This document shows, piece by piece, positions 33,713-42,044 of a stretch of DNA of 46,429 nt (positions within the stretch are counted from its first letter, which is position 1; each line of letters starts with the position of its first letter). The translations under genes were made by a program, and so were the position numbers. The DNA lies in IMG/VR virus record IMGVR_UViG_3300030332_001059, positions 1 to 46,429 of that record. One strand, given 5' to 3'. The notes under the pieces were generated by a model. That model was not told the DNA's origin and made no database searches. It worked only from the letters and a program-made list of their open reading frames with translations. This stretch comes from a virus (taxonomy: Duplodnaviria > Caudoviricetes).

Positions 33713-35284
33713 ATGAGAGTCGCCGCCTACGCCAGATATTCGTCCGATCAACAACGTGCAGCATCGCTGGATGATCAGCTGCGCAACGTGCGGCACTGGT
33801 GCCAGCGCAACGGCGTGCCCGAGCCCGTCGCCTACACCGACGCCGCCATCAGCGGCGCCAGCGACAACCGCCCCGGCTACCGCGCGCTGGTGGCCGACAT
33901 CACCGGCGGGCGCGTTGATCTGGTAGTGGTCGACGACCTCAGCCGGCTCAGCCGCGACAGCAGCGAAATAGGCCAACTGCTCAAGCGCGTGCGGTTCGCC
34001 GGAGCGCGCCTGGTGGGCGCCAGCGATGGCGTCGACACCGCCCGCAAGGGCCACAAAATCGACGTGGGCCTGCGCGGCCTCATGGGCGAAATGTACCTCG
34101 ACGAACTGGCCGACAAAACCCATCGAGGACTCACCGGCCGCGCCCTTGCCGGCGCCAGCGCGGGCGGCCTGCCCTACGGCTACCGGGTAGCAGGAACCGG
34201 CCAGCGCACCATCGACCCCGATCACGCCCAGGTCGTCCGCCGCATCTACAACATGGCCGCAGCCGGGCACACACCCCGGCAAATCGCCGCCGCGCTCAAT
34301 GCCGACGGCGTGCCCAGCCCGCGCGGCAGCAGCTGGGCCATGAGCGTGATCTACGGCGACCGAAAACGCGGCATCGGCATCCTCGCCAACCCCATCTACC
34401 GGGGCCGCCAAATCTGGAACCGCAGCACCTGGACCAAACATCCCGACACCGGCCGCCGCCTGCGCTCAGAGCGGCCCGAAAACGAATGGATCATCACCGA
34501 GCACCCCGAGCTGCGCATCATCACCGACGCGCAATGGCAGGCCGCCGACGCCACGCTGCAAAACCGGCGCAGCCGATCAGGCGCCCCACCCGGAAGATCG
34601 CCCAGGCACATGCTCAGCGGCCTACTCAAATGCTGCGACTGTGGCGGCCCCATGGTCGCCGTCGACGCCTACCGCTACGGCTGCGCCCGCGCCAAAGATC
34701 GCGGCCCCACCGTCTGCGCCAGCCGCCTGCGCGTCGCCCGCACACACGTTGAAAGTGCCCTTCTCGCCGGCATCAAACGCGATCTGCTCAGCGAAGCCGC
34801 CTACCACGCATTCGAGCGCGAGGCCCGGCGCCTACTCACGCAAGCGGCCCCCGACACCGGCAACATCGAAAAACGAATCAGAGACGCGGAGCGCACGCGC
34901 GAAAACATCATGGCTGCACTCAAGGCCGGCATCATCACTGCCGGCACGCGCCAGGCCCTCATCGATGCCGAGCAAGGCGTGACCGACGCAAGTGCCGAAC
35001 TAAAAGCCGCCCGCAACTACCAGCCCGCGCAAATTCTGCCGCGCGCCCGCGAAACATGGCGGCGCCTGGTTGAGCAACTCGCAGACGCACGCGACACACC
35101 CGAAATCAGAAGCGCCGTGCGCGAACTGCTTGGGGATGAGATTGTTTTGGGGGAGGACGCCGGGGGAGTGTTCGCGGAAGCGCGAAACGGCAGTCAGATA
35201 TTAGTGGTAGCGGGGGCACGCTCCGAGCAATATCTGAGCATCCCGTACCGCATCATGATCCCCACGAACGGGCGCGGAGTATAG
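33713..35284 (+). CDS. int: Large serine recombinase (integrase)
   Basis: YARYSS catalytic Ser motif, DDLSRLSRD, PYGY, ILANPIYRG and zinc ribbon LSGLLKCCDCGGPM...YGC...C. Confidence 0.95.
   Translation: MRVAAYARYSSDQQRAASLDDQLRNVRHWCQRNGVPEPVAYTDAAISGASDNRPGYRALVADITGGRVDLVVVDDLSRLSRDSSEIGQLLKRVRFAGARLVGASDGVDTARKGHKIDVGLRGLMGEMYLDELADKTHRGLTGRALAGASAGGLPYGYRVAGTGQRTIDPDHAQVVRRIYNMAAAGHTPRQIAAALNADGVPSPRGSSWAMSVIYGDRKRGIGILANPIYRGRQIWNRSTWTKHPDTGRRLRSERPENEWIITEHPELRIITDAQWQAADATLQNRRSRSGAPPGRSPRHMLSGLLKCCDCGGPMVAVDAYRYGCARAKDRGPTVCASRLRVARTHVESALLAGIKRDLLSEAAYHAFEREARRLLTQAAPDTGNIEKRIRDAERTRENIMAALKAGIITAGTRQALIDAEQGVTDASAELKAARNYQPAQILPRARETWRRLVEQLADARDTPEIRSAVRELLGDEIVLGEDAGGVFAEARNGSQILVVAGARSEQYLSIPYRIMIPTNGRGV
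35194..35237. other. Predicted attP within the 3' end of the integrase gene; target tRNA-fMet 3' end
   Basis: Perfect 9-bp inverted repeat TCAGATATT/AATATCTGA centred on GG 35215-35216. The minus strand of 35205-35218 reads TGCCCCCGCTACCA, matching a proteobacterial initiator tRNA 3' end. Confidence 0.75.
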
Positions 35285-35338
35285 CGGCGGAGGGGCGGCA
35301 AGTACAACAGCCGGCGGCACCCGGTCGCCTTGGGCGCC

Positions 35339-35389
35339 TGCAAAATAATTTTGCAAAACACTTGCGCCCCTTGGTTTTGTCTGTACAAT
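35339..35389 (+). promoter_or_regulatory. Sigma70-like promoter with upstream palindrome
   Basis: TGCAAAAT-A-ATTTTGCA (35339-35355), then TTGCGC-16 bp-TACAAT (35362-35389). Confidence 0.6.
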
Positions 35390-35451
35390 AGGCCCATCAG
35401 CAGCAAAGCAACCGCCCCGGCGGAACCGGGAATCCTGAAAGGAGCAACATC

Positions 35452-35730
35452 ATGAGCAACATCCAAAAAGCCGCCAAAACCCTCACCAGCCAACTTCTTG
35501 CCGGCATCGAAGCGCACGCCGCTAAGATCGACGCCAGCCCGGTTGATTCGGTGATGGCGATGAACGAGGTGGAAGCCACCTTGATCAAGCTGTCGAGCAA
35601 CATGGCGGAAAAGGATTTTCAGCAGAGCAACGGCGCCGACATCGCGCGCAGCTACCTGATCGAAGATTTCCGCAAGGTTCAGGTTGCTGAATGCCCCAGC
35701 TTTACCGCCCTCATGCTGAAAAAGTCGTAA
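35452..35730 (+). CDS. Hypothetical protein (92 aa)
   Basis: AAGGAG RBS; first gene of the cassette next to attP. Confidence 0.8.
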   Translation: MSNIQKAAKTLTSQLLAGIEAHAAKIDASPVDSVMAMNEVEATLIKLSSNMAEKDFQQSNGADIARSYLIEDFRKVQVAECPSFTALMLKKS

Positions 35731-35736
35731 GCCTCC

Positions 35737-36000
35737 ATGCACTACGAAATATCCATTGTCGCCAACCCTTCCGGCTTCGGCGAATTCCAGGCCCAACCCA
35801 TCAACGGGGAGGGCTGGGACAGCGCTTGCGACTTACTTGCCGGGATCGCCAACAACACTGCCGAGTACAGCGAGCTAGGCGTCGACGATCTGATCGAGGG
35901 CGCCGAAGACATTCGGGGGCGGATTCACAGCGAGCCGCCCCGGGTCTTCGCCGCCCGGTTTGGTGATGCGATCCGCTATTTTGGCATCGCCGAGCTTTGA
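35737..36000 (+). CDS. Acidic hypothetical protein (87 aa)
   Basis: In operon; stop overlaps the next start. Confidence 0.72.
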   Translation: MHYEISIVANPSGFGEFQAQPINGEGWDSACDLLAGIANNTAEYSELGVDDLIEGAEDIRGRIHSEPPRVFAARFGDAIRYFGIAEL

Positions 36001-36425
36001 GCGAATCCCTCATCCACCTACGCGTCCCGGCGGCCACAAAAGGCCGCTGGATTCGCGCTTCACGGGCCGAGGGCATGCGGCTCACCGATTGGATTGCAAA
36101 AGCCGTGGAGGCACAGATGCCGCAGGCGCTGACCCGCTACACCATCCCTGACGGGATCGATTTTGCTGATCTGCGGCTCGCCCGCGATCCTGACGGCGCG
36201 GTGTCGTTTGATACCGCGCCACTGGTGACGATCTGCGAGGCCTCGGGCATCGACCCCAACCTCATGAGCAATGAGGACAACGCCAGCGCGATGATCATGG
36301 CGTGGTACGCGGAACACCGGCGGCGCGGCGGCGCTCCCGACCCGGTGCAGGATGATCTGATTGCCGAGGTGCGGGCTGAGGAACGCATCGGCCAGACCGT
36401 CAGCCTGCCACCTGGTCGGGCATGA
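35997..36425 (+). CDS. Ribbon-helix-helix domain protein
   Basis: LIHLRVPAATKGRWIRASRAEGMRLTDWIAKAVE N-terminus. Confidence 0.72.
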   Translation: MSESLIHLRVPAATKGRWIRASRAEGMRLTDWIAKAVEAQMPQALTRYTIPDGIDFADLRLARDPDGAVSFDTAPLVTICEASGIDPNLMSNEDNASAMIMAWYAEHRRRGGAPDPVQDDLIAEVRAEERIGQTVSLPPGRA

Positions 36426-36601
36426 ATAACCACGGCGGCGCTCGCCCAAACTCAGGCCGCCCCACGGTGGGCGACGTCCGCGTCAACGTGCGGCTGGATC
36501 GCGCCACCGTGGATCGCCTGCGGGAGATCGGAGACGGCAACGTGAGCGAGGGGATTCGGCGGGCGGCTAAAACCGCCACCCCACCCGAACCAGCGCCCTG
36601 A
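36422..36601 (+). CDS. 59-aa AT-hook-like + RHH DNA-binding protein
   Basis: MNNHGGARPNSGRPTVGDVRVNVRLDRATVDRLREIGDGNVSEGIRRAA; ATGA-coupled; not in the ORF track. Confidence 0.7.
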   Translation: MNNHGGARPNSGRPTVGDVRVNVRLDRATVDRLREIGDGNVSEGIRRAAKTATPPEPAP

Positions 36602-37109
36602 GCGCGCCGCGCTCATCCTGCTGCACGTCGGCGCCGAGCCGGAACCGGGACACGTCCCGCTCGATCCACACGCCGCCGCGACCGCCGAACGGGTCATAGC
36701 TCAGGCCAGCAGCCCAGGGCCTCACCGGCGGCGGCAACAGGCCGGGCAGGATCGGCACATCGAGCGCCCGCAGAATCGAGCCGTTGGGGCTGGACGCAAT
36801 GACCCGCTGCCCACCCTCATCATCACGCACCAGCGACAGGTCGACGCGGCACACCGGGCACCCTGGCGCGTCGGGCTGCACCTCGACCTCGACGCGGCGC
36901 ACCTCGACGTTGCCGCGCGGGATGCGGTGCGGTGCAGGCGCGTCGGGCGGCGTCGGGTCGCGCTCGGCAATCACGCTGCCGTCGTCTTGGATCACTGCCG
37001 GGCGGTACTCGACGCGCTCGATCACCGGGGCGTCGCCCAGCCCCAGTCGGTAGCCGAACACGCCCACCACCCCGGCGAGAATCAGCGACAGGGCTGTTTC
37101 GCGCGTCAT
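36567..37109 (-). CDS. Spanin-position protein: N-terminal TM, C-terminal beta strands ending in Phe
   Basis: ALSLILAGVVGVFGY TM segment; ends ...LRALVRVGWRF; last gene of the lysis cassette. Confidence 0.6.
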   Translation of the reverse strand: MTRETALSLILAGVVGVFGYRLGLGDAPVIERVEYRPAVIQDDGSVIAERDPTPPDAPAPHRIPRGNVEVRRVEVEVQPDAPGCPVCRVDLSLVRDDEGGQRVIASSPNGSILRALDVPILPGLLPPPVRPWAAGLSYDPFGGRGGVWIERDVSRFRLGADVQQDERGALRALVRVGWRF

Positions 37110-37594
37110 GCCGGCACCCCGTCGCGCATCTGCCGCGCCATGGCGAGCACGCGGCGGCGTTCGGTGATGTCGTCGCCGGCCATTGCCGGCCAGCGGCTCA
37201 GCAGCAGGCAATCACTGGCCGCGTTGTAGTCCGCGCGCCGCAGGGAATCCCACAGGTCGCGCTCGGCCAGCAGGGCGTCGCTGCCGATTACCAGCGCCAC
37301 GTGCAGCACCACGGCCGCGCGCTGCGGATCTAGCTCGGGCAGCGAGAAGATGCGCCCGCGCAACTGGCGCGACACCGCGTACAGATCGGCGCGCAGTTGT
37401 GTTTCGGCAACGTGGGGCGACAGCGGCTCGCGGGCGATGCGCCACAGCCAGCCTATGACGGTTTCCCCGTTCTCGATGGCCGGTCGGTCGTGAAACGATT
37501 CCAGCCGCTGGACTGACGCGACGGCTTCGCTCACGTTGCGCGCCTCGCGGGCGTGGAAATCTGCGGTTGCTTTTTCGTCTTCATTCACGCTCAT
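37106..37594 (-). CDS. Degenerate T4-type (GH24) lysozyme homolog
   Basis: RLESFHDRP...GETVIG, AETQLRADL, LDPQRAAVVL and DYNAASDCLLLSRW follow the T4-lysozyme-like pattern, but the Asp/Thr region is altered. Confidence 0.62.
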   Translation of the reverse strand: MSVNEDEKATADFHAREARNVSEAVASVQRLESFHDRPAIENGETVIGWLWRIAREPLSPHVAETQLRADLYAVSRQLRGRIFSLPELDPQRAAVVLHVALVIGSDALLAERDLWDSLRRADYNAASDCLLLSRWPAMAGDDITERRRVLAMARQMRDGVPA

Positions 37595-38393
37595 CGCCCG
37601 CAAGGGGCGCCCCCGGTTGTAGTGATAGATCGGCCTCGGCATCGCGGCGGCGGCACAGGCCCGGGCCGTTGGGCGTGCCGCGCCACAGCCGGCACATGGC
37701 GCGCAGCTCTCGGGCCACGCACTGCACATCACTGGCCGGCAGGCAGTCGTCACGAATCGCGCGCATCTCGCGCCGGGCGTTGCCGCTCATTGATCCGCCC
37801 CGGTTGTAGACGAGCGACACAAGCGCGCCCTCGGCGGGCGGCGGCAGGGTTCCCAGGGCGTCACCGAACGCGCGCCGCGTGCGGCGGTGGTACTCGGGAA
37901 TCGACACGTCGGCGAACACGCGGTAGGCGTAGCCGTAGGCCGTGCTGATGCCCCGCCACTCGCCGATGCGGGCTTTTGCCGCGTTGCCGGTCACCCCGGC
38001 GGACATGGCCAGCCGCTCGCGCTGCTCATGCAACTGCCAGTCGCGCAGGATCACCCCGCTGGTCTGGTGGCCGCCGTCGTAGCCGATGCCCCATGTCGGA
38101 CCGCTGGGACCGCCGGGGTAGTACACGCCAGCCAGCCGGGCGCCGTAGTAGCCGGGGCTGGACACCTCGAATTGCACGATCAGGTCCACCGCGCCGGGGT
38201 ACACCGTGGGCGCGGGCGTGGCGGTGGGCACCGGCAACACCGGCTGGGGCGGCAGTGTCGGCACGGCCTCGCGTGCGGCCACCACCACCGGGGCAACCGC
38301 TGCACTTACCGCCGCCTGGCCACCCTCAATCGAGGGCGACTGGCACGCGGCAAGGATCAGCGCGCAGGCCGAAAGAACCAGAGCGCGAGCCAT
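37581..38393 (-). CDS. Endolysin (pesticin-like lysozyme fold) with lipoprotein signal
   Basis: Lipobox LAAC (Cys17), Pro-rich linker, LIVQFEV, PGGPSGPTWGIGYDGG, ALVSLVYNRG and GLCRRRDAEA. Confidence 0.82.
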   Translation of the reverse strand: MARALVLSACALILAACQSPSIEGGQAAVSAAVAPVVVAAREAVPTLPPQPVLPVPTATPAPTVYPGAVDLIVQFEVSSPGYYGARLAGVYYPGGPSGPTWGIGYDGGHQTSGVILRDWQLHEQRERLAMSAGVTGNAAKARIGEWRGISTAYGYAYRVFADVSIPEYHRRTRRAFGDALGTLPPPAEGALVSLVYNRGGSMSGNARREMRAIRDDCLPASDVQCVARELRAMCRLWRGTPNGPGLCRRRDAEADLSLQPGAPLAGDERE

Positions 38394-38710
38394 AGCACCG
38401 CAATCCAGAACACAGCGTTGGTGAGGTACACGGTCACGGCCCCGCGCTCGCCCAGCATCAGGCGGCGCCACAGCTCATGTTTCGCGGTCGCGTCCAGCTC
38501 CATTCGCCAGCGGCGCCACGCGAGATAGCTCAGGCCCAGGGCCGCGAAGCCGTACGCCAGCATCACCGGCAGCTCGGCCAGCCATGCCAGCAGGTCAGGT
38601 CCAAGCCCGCCGCTCATGCCACCCAGCACCACGACTGCGGCAATCGCCAGCGCGGCTTGCAGCGGCAACCAGCCGACGAACTCGGCGAATCGTTGAATGA
38701 GCTTGATCAT
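38357..38710 (-). CDS. Probable holin (3 TM segments)
   Basis: 117 aa with three hydrophobic helices, directly upstream of the endolysin. Confidence 0.65.
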   Translation of the reverse strand: MIKLIQRFAEFVGWLPLQAALAIAAVVVLGGMSGGLGPDLLAWLAELPVMLAYGFAALGLSYLAWRRWRMELDATAKHELWRRLMLGERGAVTVYLTNAVFWIAVLWLALWFFRPAR

Positions 38711-39084
38711 CCGTCAGCCCTCACCGTCAAATGTCGATCCATCCGCTTGTGCAGCGATGACACCGCGCCTTCGACGCGCCCAATCGACTCATGCAGCGGG
38801 GCCATTGCGGCGCTCATCTCGGACTTTGGCTGGTAATCACGAAACATCGTTTCGCCGATGCTGCCGATCTTCGTCGCCTGCTTTTCGATGTCCTTGCCGA
38901 GCTGATCCAGGCGGCGCTCAAGGCCGCGCTCCATGCCCTTGACATACGCGCCGATCAGCCCCAGCACAATGCCGATGAGCGCCAGCGCGACATCACGCCC
39001 GGTCAGAGATTCGGCAGATGCGTAGGCGACGGTTGACCATGCCAGCGGCAGCACGGCCAGCGGCAACGCCCATTGCCGAATCAC
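38707..39084 (-). CDS. Membrane protein with coiled coil (lysis-associated; holin/antiholin candidate)
   Basis: Signal-like N-terminus, TM segment VALALIGIVLGLIGAYV, heptad-repeat C-terminus. Confidence 0.55.
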   Translation of the reverse strand: MIRQWALPLAVLPLAWSTVAYASAESLTGRDVALALIGIVLGLIGAYVKGMERGLERRLDQLGKDIEKQATKIGSIGETMFRDYQPKSEMSAAMAPLHESIGRVEGAVSSLHKRMDRHLTVRADG

Positions 39085-39482
39085 AACCGCGCCTCAATCA
39101 ACTTTCGCGCCCGCTCCGGGCTGATCTTGACACCAGCAGCCATGCCCGCCGCTGCGCTCTCAATCGACCGCCCGTGCTGCACGCTCACGGCATAGCCCCG
39201 CGCCTCGCGCCACTCTTTGAACCACTGCGCGTTGCTCAGGATCAGGTAACCCAGCCACATGAGCCGCCATTTGTCGCGCACATGCTGGCGCTCATGGGCA
39301 ATCGTTGCGGCATCAGCCTGCGGGTGCGCCCAAACCCAAAACAGGGACGATCGGCCCATGACGCGCCCGCCGTTTTTGCCGCCCAAGTCTTTGCGACGGA
39401 CAGGCACTTTTTCGGGCATAGGCGTCCACGACAGAAGATGAAGTAGCAGGAAGGGACCGAAAATAATCAGGAATGCAGTCAT
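39081..39482 (-). CDS. Membrane-anchored protein with HExxH motif
   Basis: N-terminal TM; TIAHERQHVR and downstream EARGY, zincin-like. Confidence 0.55.
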   Translation of the reverse strand: MTAFLIIFGPFLLLHLLSWTPMPEKVPVRRKDLGGKNGGRVMGRSSLFWVWAHPQADAATIAHERQHVRDKWRLMWLGYLILSNAQWFKEWREARGYAVSVQHGRSIESAAAGMAAGVKISPERARKLIEARL

Positions 39483-39844
39483 ATCGGCTCCTCGGTGGTG
39501 ACGATTTGCAGGCCAAGTCGCGACATCGCCTCGAATGCAGGCTCGCTGCTGATGTCTCCCTGCATTCGGATGGCTTCACAATCAGCCAACGTGGCTGTCA
39601 GCGTCAGCCCCTGTTGCACGGCCCCTTGTTCAGCCGCTGCGTGCGTTGCGCTTGCATCAGAAAGCAGGTTGATAAACGCAACCTGCATTGTCCCGCTGCT
39701 GATGTAATGCGTAGCTGGCTCGTTCCCGTCTGCTGAGAGCCCGGTGATATACATGCCATGACCACCAGGGGCGAGACATTCAGCAAGATTGCGAGCAGCA
39801 TCAACGAGCGAGGCTGGGACAACAATCGTGACATGGGCATTCAT
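39479..39844 (-). CDS. Tail fiber-associated hypothetical protein
   Basis: GLSADGNEPATHYISSG; coupled to the upstream fiber gene; lower GC. Confidence 0.6.
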   Translation of the reverse strand: MNAHVTIVVPASLVDAARNLAECLAPGGHGMYITGLSADGNEPATHYISSGTMQVAFINLLSDASATHAAAEQGAVQQGLTLTATLADCEAIRMQGDISSEPAFEAMSRLGLQIVTTEEPI

Positions 39845-40986
39845 GGCAAAACCACTCCCGCCTTGGCAGCCAAGTATGCTTCCAAGCTCTGCCGCTGGCC
39901 AACTGAAAGCTCGTCGGCAATCTGCACTAGGGCGTAAATACGCCCGGTGAGGAAATTTTGAGCCCCCCCAGTGCGAGACCCAATGGTCACGAACCTGCCC
40001 CCAGAATTTAAGGTGCCGGTAGGTGTTGTGGGGCCATTACTCACCCCATTGTTGAACACTTCAACAGTGGATGCGGATACTTGAGTTAGTACAACGTCTG
40101 TGTTGGCAACAGTGGCGGGGCCGGGGTCATTAAAGTCTTCCGTGCCTACAAAGCTAATACTCTCCGGGACAAGGCTCTGTGTTCTGAGATTTTGAGTCAG
40201 CCGAGAACCCCCCACGTATGAGTCGGAGTCCAGATACATCTGTAAGCCAACCCCAGTGTTTCGCCCTGAGATGCCCGCAGAGTGTTTCCCAGCCACAATT
40301 ACGGGGTAGCTGGCTATTACAAGACTATCATCAACACCATCAAACTCAAGCCAATGCCTAGCCCCATCTGTACGATAGAGCTGCCTAGCCGTAGCTGTCG
40401 CCTGTGAGGCGTGGTTGCCATTGCCTGATTTATCCAGCGCCAAGCCCACTGGCTGGCCATCAGCAGTGACAGGCGTAGTGCCAGCACTGTCCTGAAACAG
40501 GGTGCTGAGGTCTGATGGGTCATACCATGCACCTTGCTCGCCGTTGGAAAATAGAATCAACGGGTTTACTTGCAAGGCCGCTGTATACAGCGTCTCCACA
40601 TAATCCAACTGATTCGCCGTTAAGCTGGCCGCGCGAAAGAACCCCGACTGCACCTGCTTATTCACGTCCAATGCCGGATGCAGGAAATATCCATCCGCAG
40701 CGGCGTCGGGCAGGTTGTAGTAGGCGCGCAGCGGCAGCACGTCCACGGCATCGATGCCGAACGCTGCATATCGCGGCGATTCAGTGCTGCCGATCCGCAG
40801 CCAGCAGGCGGGCACCCAGGTTTCGGGCTGCGAGGATGCGTTCAGGTAGCGGCCAAAATCGGGGCCTGCCCGGTCGTTGCCGCCGAGGTAGGTGTACCCT
40901 GCGGGCAACGCGGGCAGTGACACACCTACGCCGAAGCCGGGCAGCCCGGCTGTGCCGATGTCGCTGGGGCCGATGGGGACTACCAT
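39841..40986 (-). CDS. Tail fiber / receptor-binding protein with LamG (ConA)-like C-terminal domain
   Basis: GAWYDPSDLSTLFQD, DKSGNGNHASQ, LEFDGVDD and ESLEAYL-type ending QSLEAYLAAKAGV. Confidence 0.7.
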   Translation of the reverse strand: MVVPIGPSDIGTAGLPGFGVGVSLPALPAGYTYLGGNDRAGPDFGRYLNASSQPETWVPACWLRIGSTESPRYAAFGIDAVDVLPLRAYYNLPDAAADGYFLHPALDVNKQVQSGFFRAASLTANQLDYVETLYTAALQVNPLILFSNGEQGAWYDPSDLSTLFQDSAGTTPVTADGQPVGLALDKSGNGNHASQATATARQLYRTDGARHWLEFDGVDDSLVIASYPVIVAGKHSAGISGRNTGVGLQMYLDSDSYVGGSRLTQNLRTQSLVPESISFVGTEDFNDPGPATVANTDVVLTQVSASTVEVFNNGVSNGPTTPTGTLNSGGRFVTIGSRTGGAQNFLTGRIYALVQIADELSVGQRQSLEAYLAAKAGVVLP

Positions 40987-42032
40987 TGCCACACCCGCAC
41001 TTCGCCGCGTGCGCCTGCACCTGAGCCTCCGTCGTTGGTTGATCCGCCGCCACCGCCGCCGGGGGCTGTGCCAGCTACGCCGGGAACACCAGCCGAGCCA
41101 TTACCGGCCCCACCTGAGCCGCCGTATTGAGACGCGCCGCCTGCGCCTTGGGTTGTGTTGCCGCTACCGCCGCCGCCAGCGCCCCCGTATACCGTTGGGC
41201 GACCTGCAGTATTTGAAAAACCAGCTGCCGAACCAAATTGATACGGAATACTGTTCGTTGTGGTCGCATCTGCGAGAGCACCGCCCGCGCCCCCGGGATT
41301 CCCCGCACTTGATGAGGTTCCTCCAAACCCACCTTTGGCAGTCAATAAAGCGCCAAATGTTGTATTGCCGCCAACATTTCCATCTGCTGCCACCCCATTC
41401 GCAATTGCCGCGCCACCGGCGCCGATAACAACAGAAATGGGCGACGAAACATCAGATGCACGAAACAACTGTCGCACGGACTGCCCGCCGCCACCGCCGC
41501 CAGAGCTGGTTGTGCTTGCGTTGTTTCGGCCCGATGCACCGCCGCCAATGCACTCAACTTGTATCCACGTCGCATTCGGGCTTTTAGAGAAATCACCCGA
41601 TGCTGTGATGACGGTGTATTCGTCCTCAATGCCGACGCCCCATTCAACGCCATCTTCGGTAGCGTTGACCTTGAGGACACGCCCAGCCTGCCCCACCAAC
41701 GACGGCAACCCCGCCGCACTCTGCACCGCAGCGGCGATGACTTCGTTTGAATCTTTGATGTCCTGAGATTCAGCCCGTGCAAGATCGGAGTTGACGGCGG
41801 CGACTTGGGCTGAGGCGCGGAAGTCGTCGGCGTCAGAGGCGCTGGTGGCAGCGGCGGTGGCGCTGTCTGAGGCTTCTCCGGCGGTGGTCTCGACGTAATC
41901 GGCAACCGTGTTTATGCCGTCAATGACATCCGGAAACTCCCCAAGGAAAGTGTCCATCCGGGGGCTAAAGTTCTCCGGGTCATTCCGGTTCGGTGCAGGG
42001 GTGGTGATCTGCGGTACTTGGGGTGCTGGCAT
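40980..42032 (-). CDS. Tail fiber protein with glycine-rich C-terminal domain
   Basis: PAPNRNDPENFSPRMD N-terminus, Ala-rich coil, VECIGGGASG...GGGGG...GAGARGEVRVW. Confidence 0.78.
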   Translation of the reverse strand: MPAPQVPQITTPAPNRNDPENFSPRMDTFLGEFPDVIDGINTVADYVETTAGEASDSATAAATSASDADDFRASAQVAAVNSDLARAESQDIKDSNEVIAAAVQSAAGLPSLVGQAGRVLKVNATEDGVEWGVGIEDEYTVITASGDFSKSPNATWIQVECIGGGASGRNNASTTSSGGGGGGQSVRQLFRASDVSSPISVVIGAGGAAIANGVAADGNVGGNTTFGALLTAKGGFGGTSSSAGNPGGAGGALADATTTNSIPYQFGSAAGFSNTAGRPTVYGGAGGGGSGNTTQGAGGASQYGGSGGAGNGSAGVPGVAGTAPGGGGGGSTNDGGSGAGARGEVRVWQW

Positions 42033-42044
42033 TTGTGGTCGCTC

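Noticed and set aside
39841-42032. Active diversity-generating retroelement or invertible fiber cassette
   Set aside because: No reverse transcriptase, no TR/VR pair and no invertase; the only recombinase is the integrase.
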